From assembly GCA_963787255.1 (NCBI GenBank), contig CAWBCJ010000029.1:288001-352000 (forward strand): a stretch of 64,000 bases of DNA. Reading direction: 5' to 3'. Both the position numbers and the translations under genes were made by a program. Of the stretch, positions 1 through 11,512 are shown piece by piece. A model generated the notes under the pieces. That model was given only the letters and a program-made list of their open reading frames with translations, did not search any database and was not told the origin of the DNA. Source of the stretch: Methanobacteriota archaeon. Lineage in GTDB: Archaea; Methanobacteriota; Methanobacteria; Methanobacteriales; Methanobacteriaceae. The number at the start of each line of letters is the position of its first letter. Position 1 is the first letter of the stretch.

Positions 1-489
1 ATCAAAAGATTGCAGGAAAAATATGGAAATGTAATTCCTGCATCTGCAGAATCTGAATTAGCACTTGTAAAGGCATCAGAAGCAGGGTTAATTAATTACG
101 TGCCAGGAAGTTGTGATTTTGAAATCGTTAACAAAGAAAAATTAAATGATGCACAGAAAAAAGCTCTAAATTACATTAAAGAACATGTACTCGATAAATA
201 TGGAAGTACTGGCGTGCAAGAAGCGTTAAATAGAGTGATTTTCGATCTATTGGATATGATTGTTGTTTATCCTGTTGAAGATGAGCATAAAATGTGCGAT
301 AGTAAGGGAAATATTTTGCCAGATGCGATTTTAATCAGGCACGGTTCAAAGCCAAGAGATTTGGCTTTTGTGATTCATACTGATATCGGCGAGAGTTTCA
401 TGCATGCAATGGATGCGAGGAGCTGTAGAAGGGTAAGCAGTGATTATGAGCTTAAAAGTGGAGATATTATAAGTATTATTACTCGATAA
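1..489 (+). CDS. ychF: YchF/Obg-family redox-regulated ATPase (translation-associated GTPase), C-terminal part, truncated by window edge
   Basis: Contains SAESELAL and a C-terminal TGS domain ([21 protein letters not shown]...[10 protein letters not shown]) typical of archaeal YchF. The frame is open from base 1. Confidence 0.85.
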   Translation: MKRLQEKYGNVIPASAESELALVKASEAGLINYVPGSCDFEIVNKEKLNDAQKKALNYIKEHVLDKYGSTGVQEALNRVIFDLLDMIVVYPVEDEHKMCDSKGNILPDAILIRHGSKPRDLAFVIHTDIGESFMHAMDARSCRRVSSDYELKSGDIISIITR

Positions 490-505
490 ATTTATTGGTG
501 GTTTT

Positions 506-934
506 ATGGTTTCAAATGAAGAAATACAGAAAAGACTAGAAGCAAAAAAAAGGGGAATCAAACTCCCAGATGATGAAATGCCTTCCCTTGAAATAAATGA
601 AGTCTTAAGCGACTTTATTGTAGTTAGCTCAAATCATATTCCTGGCTATGAAATTCTTGAAGCCCGTGGATTCTGTTACGGTCTTACAGTCCGTAGCAGG
701 GGTGTTGGAGGTCAATTAGGGGCAGGGATACGTTCCATGTTTGGGGGAGAGATAAAAGAATATGTTAAAATGATGGAAGAATCTAGAGATGAAGCTCTTT
801 ACAGAATGATTGATCATGCGCAAGAAATGGGTGCTAATGCTGTTATAAGCGTTCGATATGACTCAGACGAGATTTCAAATGTCATGCAGGAAATCTTAGC
901 CTATGGAACGGCAGTTGTTGTAAGAAAGAAGTAA
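506..934 (+). CDS. YbjQ/UPF0145 putative heavy-metal-binding protein
   Basis: GLTVRSRGVGGQLGAGIRSMFGGEIKEY...GANAVISVRYD...EILAYGTAV family signature. Confidence 0.9.
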   Translation: MVSNEEIQKRLEAKKRGIKLPDDEMPSLEINEVLSDFIVVSSNHIPGYEILEARGFCYGLTVRSRGVGGQLGAGIRSMFGGEIKEYVKMMEESRDEALYRMIDHAQEMGANAVISVRYDSDEISNVMQEILAYGTAVVVRKK

Positions 935-973
935 ATTAAATTTAATTGAAACTTGTCTGTTTTTAAAAAAAAT

Positions 974-996
974 AGCGTTTAAATTAATTAAACGCT
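974..996. terminator. Hairpin between convergent genes
   Basis: AGCGTTTAA-attaa-TTAAACGCT perfect 9-bp inverted repeat flanked by A and T tracts. Confidence 0.6.
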
Positions 997-999
997 TTT

Positions 1000-1482
1000 T
1001 CATTCTATTTCAAACATTTTAAATATTCCAGTTATTATTAACCATAATCCTATCAAAATACCTAAATTAACTGGATTAAATGCGTAAGCACCTAATATTA
1101 TGTAGATTATACCTAATACAATACCTAAAATTCCAGCCCAAGCATATTTTCTGTTCATTCCGTCCAGTAAAGCTATTATGCCTGTTACTATTAAGAAAAA
1201 GCCGGCGAGATATAGTGTTAGTCCTGCTATAAAGCTGAATATTGCAGGGTTGATTATTAAACCAATTCCAAATATCAGAGCTATGATACCCAGTATCAGG
1301 TTCAAAATACTTGATGTTTTACTTATTTCAAATTCAGAAATTCCAGCTATAAACAGCCAGATGGCTATCATAAGCACTAAAAGACCGGCGAATAAACTTA
1401 TAGTCACAGTGGTTAAAAAAGGAAATGCAATTACTACGAGACCGAGAATTATTGCCAGTGCTCCTGCAACCCAATTTCTCAT
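1000..1482 (-). CDS. HdeD/DUF308 family membrane protein
   Basis: About 6 hydrophobic helices with the repeated G-x-x-x-I-x-x-G pattern (LIGLWLIITGI). Confidence 0.8.
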   Translation of the reverse strand: MRNWVAGALAIILGLVVIAFPFLTTVTISLFAGLLVLMIAIWLFIAGISEFEISKTSSILNLILGIIALIFGIGLIINPAIFSFIAGLTLYLAGFFLIVTGIIALLDGMNRKYAWAGILGIVLGIIYIILGAYAFNPVNLGILIGLWLIITGIFKMFEIE

Positions 1483-1669
1483 ATTATTCCCCCTATATTA
1501 TTCCAATTCTAAAATATATTATATATTTTTTTAATAATATAATATATAAATTTATGTTTTTTTTATCCGAAAATAGCGTAAAACATCTTTTATTGTTTGA
1601 AAACAGGATTAATAAGAGTTTTTTCATGACCAATTTTATAAAATTAATTATAATCTATTGGGATTAATT

Positions 1670-3053
1670 TTATCTAATTCTTCTCAAAATATCCTTTGCA
1701 GCTATGATTCCTGTTGCTGCTGCTCCCACAATTCCCCTGGAAACTCCAGCCCCATCTCCTGCAACATAAAATCCTTCAACCCGAGTTTTCATTCCACAGT
1801 CCACTTCTGCTCTCATTGCATACAGTTTTATTTCTGGAGCATAAAGAATGGTTGAATCAGATGCAACTCCCGGAATAACATCATTTAAAGATTCAAGACC
1901 CTCTATAATATCCGTAACCAATCTGTTTGGAAATGCCATAGCAATATCGCCAGGAACTACATTTTCAAATGTTGGAGAAACATTACTCTTTTCAATACGC
2001 TTCCAGGTGGATCTTCTCCCTCTTTTAAGATCGCCTAACCTTTGAATAATTGGTTTTCCACTTCCAAGAATGTTGGTTATATTTGCAATGGAAAGAGCAT
2101 ATGCAGATGTGTTTTCAGTTGGTTCTGTAAGTTCCACCCTCACTAAAAAGGCAAAATTAGTATTTTCAGATACTATATCTCTCATGGAATGCCCATTTAC
2201 TCCATTAAATCTGTCATATACTTCTTCAACAATGAAGCCCCTGGGACATACACAGAAAGTTCTTATAAAGTCATCGTAGGTTTTTGTTGTTATGTGAAAC
2301 TTTGGATCCCACTCTATTTTGGTTATATAGTCCATAACAATATGGGGAACTTCTACCCTAACGCCAATGTCCACAGGATTATATTTTATAGGTACATTAA
2401 GCATTTTTAGCTTATCTGAAAGCCAATATGCCCCTACTCGTCCCGGAGCGGCTATAATATACCTACATTTTATTTCAAAATCCTTCCTAGCTTTATCTCT
2501 GGCAATGATACCATTAACTTTTTTATCTGCAATTATATCCAGAACTTCTGTTTCCAGTAAAAAAACAACTCCCTTATCTTGGAGTTCATCTTTAATAGAG
2601 TTTATAATGTTAGGTGTTTTATCCGAACCCATATGCCTTTGAATTATAGGGATAAATTTAATTCCAGATGCTGCAGATTTTCTTAAAATTTCATCAATAT
2701 CTTCTTCGCTTGGTGCATATAACTCATCTGGCGCTCCATGTTTTAAAAAGAACTTATCAATCTTATCTATAATTTTCCAGGCTTCATCCTTGCTTACAAA
2801 TTCTTCAAGATTACCTCCTATGTCAGGTCTTAAGTTAAGTTTACCATCTGAAAGTCCTCCAGCACCTCCGAGACCTCCAGTTATATTACATGGCGAACAT
2901 TTTATGCATGTCCCTTTTTTAAGGTTAATGCACTTTCTTCCGCCCATGTCCTTTTCCTTTCTCAATTATAACAATTTTAAGATTATCAGCCAGCTCGGCT
3001 GCTGCAAATAGGCCTGCAGGCCCTGCTCCGATTATAACAACATCGCTTTCCAT
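1670..3053 (-). CDS. FAD/NAD(P)-dependent oxidoreductase with a +1 frameshift near 2951-2954
   Basis: ATG at 3053 gives MESDVVIIGAGPAGLFAA (Rossmann GxGxxG). An extra A in GGAAAAGGAC shifts it out of the 431-aa frame, which has GGLGGAGGLSDGKL and YVAGDGAG. Confidence 0.85.
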
Positions 3054-3205
3054 AAATATTACCTTTATTTATTTATGTTTTAAAGTCTATAAAAAAATAA
3101 TGAAATTTAGTTTATTAATTAACAAGAGGTAAATTTCAAGTGTAAATAGTTAAGTTGATTCTTTGAAATGGCAGAAAAATTTAAAAATCAGCCTTGTGTG
3201 TGATC

Positions 3206-5965
3206 ATGGATTCAAATAAGTCCTTTAAACAAGAATTAAATATTTACAAGCTGCCTCCCAATGAAGTATATTCTCTGCTTGGATCATCTAAAAAAGGTTT
3301 AAGTGAGGAAGAGGCTAAAAAAAGGCTTGAACAATATGGTCCAAATCAGATTGAAGAGATTAAACAGAAGCCATTAATATTAAAGTTTTTAGAGAATTTT
3401 TATAATATTTTGGCCTTGCTTTTATGGGGGGCAAGTGTTCTGGCATTTATTGCTGGAACACCTCAATTAGGTTTTGCAATTATTGCAGTGATTATTATTA
3501 ATGCTCTTTTTAGTTTTTGGCAGGAATATGAAGCGGAGAAAGCCACAGAAGCCCTTAAAAAAATTCTCCCTTCAAAGGTAAAGGTCATTAGAGAAGGTAT
3601 AGAAAAGGAAATACTGGCAGCAGAACTTGTTCCCGGAGATATTATTGTATTAGGCGAAGGAGACAATATATCCGCAGATTCAAGGCTGGTTGAAGCATTT
3701 CGACTTAAAGTGGATAATTCTACTCTTACTGGGGAATCAAGACCTGTTCGTAAAGATTCTGAAAGTATGGATGGTGAAGATCATGCTTTTGTGGAGATGC
3801 ATAATCTCATTTTTGCAGGTACAAGTGTCTCATCCGGTTCGGGAAAGGCAGTAGTTTTTGCAACTGCTAATAAAACAGAATTCAGCAAAATTGCAACGCT
3901 CACCCAGGCCGTAAAAGAAGTTCAAAGCCCTTTACAAAAAGAAATAGGTAAATTAGCCAGAATAATTGCTGCTGTAGCAATATTAATGGGTTTGTCGTTG
4001 TTTATCGTGAATATATTTGTAGTAGACTTTCCACTAGAACTAGCATTCCTTTTTGCAATAGGATTAACCGTTGCAAACGTGCCTGAAGGCCTCTTACCAA
4101 CAGTTACACTTTCACTTGCCGCGGCAGCTCAAAAAATGGTAGGAAAAAATGCCCTGGTAAAAAAGCTTTCCAGCGTGGAAACATTGGGCTCAACAACCAT
4201 AATTTGCACCGATAAAACAGGTACTCTAACAAAAAATGAGATGACTGTGCGTAAAATATGGATTCCTGACCAAATAATCAAAGTAACAGGGGCTGGTTAC
4301 ACTCCTGAAGGTAAATTCATCCATAAAGGTCGTGAAATATCTTATGATGAGATGGAAGAGCTTAAGCTTTTAATGAGAACCTCTGCATTTTGCAACGACG
4401 CTAAATTAATCCCTCCGAGTGATGGCAAAAAATGGAAGATAATAGGAGATCCTACAGAAGCATCACTGCTTGTTGCAGCATATAAAAGCGGTTTTAACCT
4501 GGAAGAAGAGATTAAAAGAATTCCAAGGATAACAGAACTTCCTTTTGACTCTAAACGGAAATCGATGAGTTCTATTCACCAAAAAGGGGATAAAAAGGTA
4601 GCATATATCAAAGGTGCACCTAAAAAGATTATTTCATTGAGTACTCACATTTCAGAAAACGGTAAAATTAGACCGTTATCTGATGAGGAAAAGGAAAAAA
4701 TTGTTAAAATACACGATGATATTGCAAGTCAGGGCTTAAGAATTCTTGGAATAGCTTATAGAAATTTACCTAATGATTTTGATGATTATAAGCCTGAAAC
4801 TGTGGAAAAAGATATGATATTTGTTGGTATGGTGGCTATGCAGGATCCTCCCCGTCCAGAAGTTAAGGATGCTGTTGCACAATGTCACCGTGCCGGAATA
4901 AGAATCTTAATGATTACAGGAGACTATGGGCTTACAGCTCAAGCCATAGCAGAAGAAATAGGAATTATAAGTGGGCCTTGTGAGATAGTTAAAGGTAAAA
5001 AGCTTAATGAAATGTCTGATAATGAAGTTATGCAGTTATTGAGTTCTGGATGTGATGTTATATTTGCACGTGCAGTTCCCGAACATAAAATGCGGATTGC
5101 ATCCATTCTTGAAGAAAAAGAAGAGATAGTAGCCATGACCGGTGACGGTGTTAACGATGCTCCAGCACTTAGAAAAGCTGATATTGGAATTGCAATGGGA
5201 ATAACCGGTACAGATGTTGCAAAAGAAGCTTCAGACATGGTTTTAACCGATGATAACTTTGCAACCATTGTTGAAGCCATTAAAGAAGGAAGGACAATCT
5301 ATGAAAACATAAGAAAATTCATTACCTACATTTTTGCACACGAAACCGCTGAAATTATCCCTTTTGTTCTCATGGTAATATTTAAGATCCCGTTACCAAT
5401 TACAGTTATGCAAATACTTGCAATTGACCTGGGAACAGATACACTTCCAGCACTGGCTCTTGGTGTTGGACCTACAGAATCAGATGTAATGGATAGACCA
5501 CCCCGGTCTCGAAAAGAACGTCTTTTAAACTTGGGAGTGATATTTAGGGGATATATATTTTTGGGATTAATTGAGGCGGCTCTTGTGATGTCAGGGTACT
5601 TCTGGACTTTGACAAATGGGGGATGGCAGTTAGGACAAGCACTTCCGTTTACTGACCCTCTTTACATTAAAGGTACTACCATGGTATTTGTAGGGATTGT
5701 AGCGGCGCAAATTGGGAATCTTTTGGCATGCCAGACTACCAGAACTTCTACATTCAGTATTGGGTTGTTTAAAAATAGATGGATCCCACTGGGAATTGTA
5801 TTTGAAGTAATTATAATGTTTTCAATAGTATATATACCATATTTACAGTCTATATTCAACACAACAGCACTTGAAATTAACGATTTGCTTTACGTTGCTA
5901 CATTTATTCCTATAATGTTCTTTGCAGACGAATTAAGAAAATATTTCATTAGAAGACATGATTAA
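3206..5965 (+). CDS. Type II P-type cation-transporting ATPase
   Basis: TGES, VPEGL, DKTGTLT, KGAP, MITGD and GDGVND motifs plus TM helices. Confidence 0.95.
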   Translation: MDSNKSFKQELNIYKLPPNEVYSLLGSSKKGLSEEEAKKRLEQYGPNQIEEIKQKPLILKFLENFYNILALLLWGASVLAFIAGTPQLGFAIIAVIIINALFSFWQEYEAEKATEALKKILPSKVKVIREGIEKEILAAELVPGDIIVLGEGDNISADSRLVEAFRLKVDNSTLTGESRPVRKDSESMDGEDHAFVEMHNLIFAGTSVSSGSGKAVVFATANKTEFSKIATLTQAVKEVQSPLQKEIGKLARIIAAVAILMGLSLFIVNIFVVDFPLELAFLFAIGLTVANVPEGLLPTVTLSLAAAAQKMVGKNALVKKLSSVETLGSTTIICTDKTGTLTKNEMTVRKIWIPDQIIKVTGAGYTPEGKFIHKGREISYDEMEELKLLMRTSAFCNDAKLIPPSDGKKWKIIGDPTEASLLVAAYKSGFNLEEEIKRIPRITELPFDSKRKSMSSIHQKGDKKVAYIKGAPKKIISLSTHISENGKIRPLSDEEKEKIVKIHDDIASQGLRILGIAYRNLPNDFDDYKPETVEKDMIFVGMVAMQDPPRPEVKDAVAQCHRAGIRILMITGDYGLTAQAIAEEIGIISGPCEIVKGKKLNEMSDNEVMQLLSSGCDVIFARAVPEHKMRIASILEEKEEIVAMTGDGVNDAPALRKADIGIAMGITGTDVAKEASDMVLTDDNFATIVEAIKEGRTIYENIRKFITYIFAHETAEIIPFVLMVIFKIPLPITVMQILAIDLGTDTLPALALGVGPTESDVMDRPPRSRKERLLNLGVIFRGYIFLGLIEAALVMSGYFWTLTNGGWQLGQALPFTDPLYIKGTTMVFVGIVAAQIGNLLACQTTRTSTFSIGLFKNRWIPLGIVFEVIIMFSIVYIPYLQSIFNTTALEINDLLYVATFIPIMFFADELRKYFIRRHD

Positions 5966-6126
5966 ATTAATATAATATACATTAATTAGACTTATTTAGC
6001 TTTTAGAGACTATATTATTCTTTTATTATTTAACTATTAAATGAATAATTTATTCTGCATGATCCAATCGATAAATATTTTTATGATTAATAATGATAGT
6101 AAATTTATGGTATAAGGAGGCGTTTT

Positions 6127-6474
6127 ATGAGGCTTAAAACAGGGATTTTAGCAATATTTTTATTTATTGGACTCCTTGGAGTTCCTAATTGTATTTTTGC
6201 ACAACAATATGAAGATTCAGCATCTGATGCTGTTATACAGAGTAATTTACAATCTACAATGCTTTTAAACAGTTTAAGTCCATTGGTTAAAGGAAGCAGC
6301 GGAGGCGGTAAAAGTTCTAGCAGTAGCGCCAGTAAATCTGCGAAAAAAGTTGACGGAGACGATGATACTGCCGATGATTCGGGAGGATGGAGTTGGATGA
6401 CCATTATAATCATATTAATCGTGTTGTTTGGAATTATAGGTGTTTTAGTGTGGTATTTCGTGCTGAGAAAATAA
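6127..6474 (+). CDS. Small hypothetical membrane-anchored protein
   Basis: GGAGG RBS, signal peptide, Gly/Ser and acidic linker, C-terminal TM helix with a basic tail. Confidence 0.7.
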   Translation: MRLKTGILAIFLFIGLLGVPNCIFAQQYEDSASDAVIQSNLQSTMLLNSLSPLVKGSSGGGKSSSSSASKSAKKVDGDDDTADDSGGWSWMTIIIILIVLFGIIGVLVWYFVLRK

Positions 6475-6512
6475 CTTCACTTCCTTTTTAAAATAAAATA
6501 AAGGTAATATTT

Positions 6513-7535
6513 ATGAATATAATATTTAGAGTTTTAAGGAAATCAGTGCCTCTAATAGTTAAAGAGCGGATGACACGTGTTTTTATCTGGATTTTAGGGG
6601 TTATTGCCTATGCAACCATTGGATTCCACTTTATAGAAGGGCAGCCCTGGACAGTATCTTTATACTGGACATTCGTAACTATTGGAACGGTGGGTTATGG
6701 TGATTACAGCCCTAAGACTACTCTTGGAATGTTTTTCACCATTTCAGTAATTGTATTAGGTATAGGAAGCTTTGCAATTGCAATTGAAGCCATAGTGGAC
6801 TTTTTATTGCAAAGGCAGCAGATGAGGTTAATGGGGTTGATTAATGTGGAAAAATCAAGACATGTAGTGATATGTGGCTGGACAGAAAGTACAATGGAGT
6901 GTATTAAAGAAATTGGGAAAGAAAATGAAATTTTTGTGATTGACGAAGACGAAGCAGTACGCCAGAAAGCTTTAAAAAATAAGATCAATTTCGTCCATGG
7001 AGATCCAACAAGAATTAAAGACCTTGAAAAAGCCAATGTTAAAGGTGCTAAAGCCATAATCGTGGACATGGAATCAGATTCCGAAACAATTCACTGTATA
7101 TTGGGTATTCGTAAAATAGATCAGGATGTTAGAATAATTGCTGAAGTTCAACGCTATGAAAACATAGAACAGCTTACTCTTGCTGGGGCAACACAGGTCA
7201 TATCCCCATTTGTAATCTCTGGAAGGCTCATGTACAAGAGCATTGACGACGGATACGAAGCTATGTTTGTACAGGAAGTTTTAGCAGAACACAAAAGCAA
7301 AGAAATGAAAGAAGTAATCGTAACCGAAGATAGTTACTTTGCAGGTAAAACAATAACGAAAGCAGATATACACGAAAAAACAGGTGTTATACTGGTGGGG
7401 ATTGGAGAAGTGGGAAATTTAACCATAGATCCATCAAGAGATTATGTTATTAAACCTGGAGATGTGCTTCTGGGAATTGGAAAGCCTGAAGAGTTTGAAA
7501 GATTAGAAAATGAGTGTATAGTTAAAAAAGTCTAA
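6513..7535 (+). CDS. mthK: Calcium-gated potassium channel MthK orthologue
   Basis: TVGYGD selectivity filter, two TM helices, and an RCK domain starting [17 protein letters not shown] that closely resembles MthK. Confidence 0.92.
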   Translation: MNIIFRVLRKSVPLIVKERMTRVFIWILGVIAYATIGFHFIEGQPWTVSLYWTFVTIGTVGYGDYSPKTTLGMFFTISVIVLGIGSFAIAIEAIVDFLLQRQQMRLMGLINVEKSRHVVICGWTESTMECIKEIGKENEIFVIDEDEAVRQKALKNKINFVHGDPTRIKDLEKANVKGAKAIIVDMESDSETIHCILGIRKIDQDVRIIAEVQRYENIEQLTLAGATQVISPFVISGRLMYKSIDDGYEAMFVQEVLAEHKSKEMKEVIVTEDSYFAGKTITKADIHEKTGVILVGIGEVGNLTIDPSRDYVIKPGDVLLGIGKPEEFERLENECIVKKV

Positions 7536-7544
7536 ATTATAAAT

Positions 7545-8246
7545 TTAAAGGCTTATTTCAACTCTTTTGAAAGGTTTTATTTCCAAAACCCCTTTTTTAT
7601 AATTACTTTTAAATGAATAGGCAATTATACTAACCCCTTCGATGTTTGCTTCTTTTAATGCATTTGAAAAATCAGGATCCATCTTAAAATTTGGAGAGAA
7701 GCATTTTGCATCTTCACACAATATCAAAAACAATATAGACGCTTCTAATCCCACATTTTTAGCGTTTATAAGCTCTTTAACATGTTTTTTGCCCCTTAAA
7801 GTTGGCGCATCTGGAAATTTGGCAAATCCATCTTCCACCAATGTGCATCCTTTAACTTCAACCAGCATCTTTTCACCTGCTTTGGAAAGCAGGAAATCAA
7901 TACGGCTTTTACCGTAAGTAAATTCCCTTCTTTCAACGGAATATCCTTCAAATTCATCTACAAGTTGCGAATCGATCAAATCATGGGCTATGTCACTGTG
8001 AAAACCAGAATTTATCAGTACCCATAAATCATCCTTTAAAACACCTATCACATCAAAACGAGTCTTTCTATTTGCTGTATTTAAAGCATGTCTTAAAAGT
8101 AAATCAACATTAGGCGTTAAAAGTTCAAGAAGCCTTCCAGGATCCCTTAAATGTGCATTTTCAATTTTATCATCGCTTTTAAATGTTACCATGAATCTGT
8201 TTGGCCTTTCCACGAAATTTCCACGTATAATGTTTTTAATTATCAT
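7545..8246 (-). CDS. sfsA: DNA/RNA nuclease SfsA
   Basis: RPNRF, DPGRL, SRIDFLL, VEVKGCTL and FPDAPTLRGKKH motifs. Confidence 0.92.
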   Translation of the reverse strand: MIIKNIIRGNFVERPNRFMVTFKSDDKIENAHLRDPGRLLELLTPNVDLLLRHALNTANRKTRFDVIGVLKDDLWVLINSGFHSDIAHDLIDSQLVDEFEGYSVERREFTYGKSRIDFLLSKAGEKMLVEVKGCTLVEDGFAKFPDAPTLRGKKHVKELINAKNVGLEASILFLILCEDAKCFSPNFKMDPDFSNALKEANIEGVSIIAYSFKSNYKKGVLEIKPFKRVEISL

Positions 8247-8258
8247 TTTTAACTCTTT

Positions 8259-8987
8259 TTAATTTAATTTAAGTTTATCAACGGCTTGAACAAAATCAAT
8301 TGCATGATTGACAGTTACATAATATGGTTCGTATCTATAACTCTCATAAATTACCGCCGGAGTTCCAGAGTTTATTAATGGAATTGTAACATATGAAGGA
8401 CTACTTGGGCCCGGTTCTTTAGGTGGCACATAATAAACAATCCATGGGATTTCATTTATTAAATTATTAGCAATGAACATTGATTTAGTCTCATTTTTAG
8501 GAACATAAACAAAATTTTCTTTTTGGAAATTTCCGCCCCTGTTGGAATGTACGTCCACTGCTAGATTAAAATGATTCTTTCTTATATCTGGAACAACAAA
8601 TTGGCTAGCTAATAACTGTCCATTCATTCTTCCATCATTATAAGAAGTTCTATCTTTAGTAACATCTATACTGTAAACATAATAAGATGAATTAAGTGAT
8701 TTGTTTAAGCTTAAAAGGGATGTTACAATGGCTCTGTGCGAATAACTTTCTAAGGGATGTACTCCTACTATAAAAGCAATTTTTTGAGTTCCATTAGAGT
8801 TTCCATAAGGTCCACTTTTAATAACTTTTCCATAATTTGTACTGCCCAATACCTGCGAATAATTTGTTTTAAGTGAATTAAGACTCGAATTATCCATGTG
8901 ATGATAATTTGAACCATAAAATATAGAGTAACCCGGCAATACAGATACTATAATGAGTATAACAACTCCAAAACATGTTTTATTCAT
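8259..8987 (-). CDS. Secreted hypothetical protein with M14-like Zn-peptidase motifs
   Basis: N-terminal signal or TM segment, GVHPLE (HxxE), DVHSN and YE near the C-terminus. Confidence 0.6.
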   Translation of the reverse strand: MNKTCFGVVILIIVSVLPGYSIFYGSNYHHMDNSSLNSLKTNYSQVLGSTNYGKVIKSGPYGNSNGTQKIAFIVGVHPLESYSHRAIVTSLLSLNKSLNSSYYVYSIDVTKDRTSYNDGRMNGQLLASQFVVPDIRKNHFNLAVDVHSNRGGNFQKENFVYVPKNETKSMFIANNLINEIPWIVYYVPPKEPGPSSPSYVTIPLINSGTPAVIYESYRYEPYYVTVNHAIDFVQAVDKLKLN

Positions 8988-9199
8988 CTCTAAACATTCC
9001 TTTAACTAAGAGTTAATGTTTTTAACTTAACTATTCAATCTTTAAAATAATTAATTCTTAAATCATATAGAACATTTAAATATAAATAAAAAACTGATCA
9101 ACAGATAATATATAAATGATTATTCAAAATCAGTTCATATTAAATTTTTTTATAAAATAAACGTGATTTATCAGTGAATTACTATTTAGAGGTGAAAAA

Positions 9200-10276
9200 T
9201 TGCATCCAAGACCAAGTCCTATTGCTGCGTCATTATATACACTAAGAGACATGAATGCTGATGTTGTTATACTACATGGCCCACATGGCTGCTGTTTTAG
9301 AACAGGAAGGCTCCTTGAAAACGACGGTGTAAGAGTTGTGACCACGGCCATGACCGAAAACGATTTTATTTTTGGAGCGTCGGCTAAATTGGAAGAAACA
9401 TTACATGAAGTTGATTCTATGTTCTCACCCAAACTAGTGGGAATTGTAGGAACCTGCGCCAGCATGATAATAGGAGAAGACCTTAAAGAAGCTATTCAAA
9501 ACGCAGGTATTGACGCTAAAGTGCTTGCAGTTGAATCTCACGGTGGTTTAAGTGAAGGAGACAATACAGAAGGTGCAATAGCTGTTCTAGAGGCTGCAAG
9601 TAAGGAAGGGATAATTTCTGAAGAAGAAAGCAAAAGACAGTCAAAAATGCTCAGATTAGCTACAAAGATCGAAAAAACAAGAGGAATGGCCAAGGGTGGT
9701 TATATAGCTCCCTCCTATGGGGATGATAAACAGGAAATTGCAAAAATACTCATTGAAAAATTAAATAACGGTGAAAAAGTTGTAATAGTGCTAAACGCGA
9801 AAAAAGAAACGTCATACCTGTTTTCAGATATCTTAAAAATCCCATTTAATGAAATAAACCCTGATAACATGCCTTTTATAATTGCAAATCTTGATGAAAA
9901 TGTTGGACTTCCAAGAATAAGACAACATGCCATAAATATCAAGGAAGAACTAAAAAATGACGGTGTGAAAGTTGACATTATCACAGGTGGGCTTGATGAA
10001 TATCCCGTGACTGGAAAGGAAGCTGTTAAGGCTATAAAAGATATTGATGCAGATTTCATAATTGCTGCAGGAGTACCTCATGCACTACCCATAGAAATGT
10101 TGGATATAGAAACTTTAGCAATAACAGATGGTCCTCGATTAGTAGAACCCCTAAAAGAGTTAAATTATAATTACGTTGTTACAGAACTTGACGCTCATTC
10201 CAAAACTTTAGGCGTGCGTAAAATAGTAGCTTCAGATTTTGGTGATGTTATAAGAAAAAAATTGCAGGAAGTATAG
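9200..10276 (+). CDS. cfbD: Ni-sirohydrochlorin a,c-diamide reductive cyclase catalytic subunit (NflD)
   Basis: [17 protein letters not shown]...HGPHGCCF...[11 protein letters not shown] nitrogenase-like signature. GAGGTG RBS before the TTG start. Confidence 0.92.
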   Translation: MHPRPSPIAASLYTLRDMNADVVILHGPHGCCFRTGRLLENDGVRVVTTAMTENDFIFGASAKLEETLHEVDSMFSPKLVGIVGTCASMIIGEDLKEAIQNAGIDAKVLAVESHGGLSEGDNTEGAIAVLEAASKEGIISEEESKRQSKMLRLATKIEKTRGMAKGGYIAPSYGDDKQEIAKILIEKLNNGEKVVIVLNAKKETSYLFSDILKIPFNEINPDNMPFIIANLDENVGLPRIRQHAINIKEELKNDGVKVDIITGGLDEYPVTGKEAVKAIKDIDADFIIAAGVPHALPIEMLDIETLAITDGPRLVEPLKELNYNYVVTELDAHSKTLGVRKIVASDFGDVIRKKLQEV

Positions 10277-10408
10277 ATTTCACCAAAGAGATGCAAATAA
10301 TTAAAATAAATAAAATTTAAAATCTTATTAAATCATTCAAATAGAATTACAATATTATTATAGATTAATATCCTATAAAAAATAAATGACATATTAACTG
10401 GTGATAAA

Positions 10409-11467
10409 ATGAGCAGTACAGCAGGTATGATACTTTGTGGTGGCTTTGGAAAAAGATTAAGACCCCTTACAGAGCGAGTTCCCAAGCCTTTAATAGAAAT
10501 TAAAGATAATTATTCCATTTTAGAAGGTCAAGAAAATTATACAATCCTTGATAAGCAAATTTTTGATTTTAAAAACGCTGGCGTAGAACGTGTGCTTCTT
10601 TTAACAGGATTTTTAAGCGAAAAAATTCAGGAAAGATATGGAAACAGCTACAATGGGATGGAAATTGAATATGTTATAGAAGAAGAGCCTCTTGGAACAC
10701 TTAATGCCATAAGATTAGGTATGGATCATATAAAAGCTGGTGAACAATGCGTAATAAGAAATGGAGATGTTGTTGCTGATTTAAACATTAAAAAAATGAT
10801 CCATCAGGGAGAAAAATCTGATTATCCTCTTTCTATGTTTATAACTAAAATGCTTTCACCATACGGTATAGTTGAAATAAGCGGGGATAAACTTGTTTCT
10901 TTTAAGGAAAAACCACTTCTTGATTATTATATAAATGGGGGAGTTTATTTTTCCAATGGGGAAATTAATTTCGGTGATTTTGAAGTTGGAGACATAGAAA
11001 AGACTGTGTTTCCAATGATGGCCAAGGAAAATCAGCTAGGTTATTACAAAGAAGATGGTCTCTTCTGGATGGCAATAGACACCTCAAAAGAGCTTGAAGA
11101 AATTAAAAAAGAATATAAAAACAGGGAAGATAAGCCTTGGGGCTATGAAAAAGTGTTGATTTACACAGAAAAGTACCTCACAAAAGAATTGTTTATAAGA
11201 GAAGGTTATCAGACTTCCTTCCATTATCACACTGAGAAAGATGAAACCATGTACATAATTAGCGGTGCGGGTTATATTGAGTTTGAAGATCGTAAAGAAT
11301 ACTTCGGAAAGAACGATACAGTTAGAATAGAGCCACGAGAATCTCATTCTATTGTTGCAATGGAAAATACAATCTTACATGAAGTATCAACTCCTCATCT
11401 TGACGATACCATCCGTGTAAATGATTATTACACACGAGCTGCGCGGGATAAATCTATATCACCTTAA
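10409..11467 (+). CDS. Sugar-phosphate nucleotidyltransferase with C-terminal cupin
   Basis: [20 protein letters not shown] at the N-terminus, then KPWGYE...SFHYH..KDE cupin motif. Confidence 0.9.
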   Translation: MSSTAGMILCGGFGKRLRPLTERVPKPLIEIKDNYSILEGQENYTILDKQIFDFKNAGVERVLLLTGFLSEKIQERYGNSYNGMEIEYVIEEEPLGTLNAIRLGMDHIKAGEQCVIRNGDVVADLNIKKMIHQGEKSDYPLSMFITKMLSPYGIVEISGDKLVSFKEKPLLDYYINGGVYFSNGEINFGDFEVGDIEKTVFPMMAKENQLGYYKEDGLFWMAIDTSKELEEIKKEYKNREDKPWGYEKVLIYTEKYLTKELFIREGYQTSFHYHTEKDETMYIISGAGYIEFEDRKEYFGKNDTVRIEPRESHSIVAMENTILHEVSTPHLDDTIRVNDYYTRAARDKSISP

Positions 11468-11512
11468 ATTTCTTTAAATCAATAAATATTTTATTTTTTT
11501 AAAGGGGCAAGA

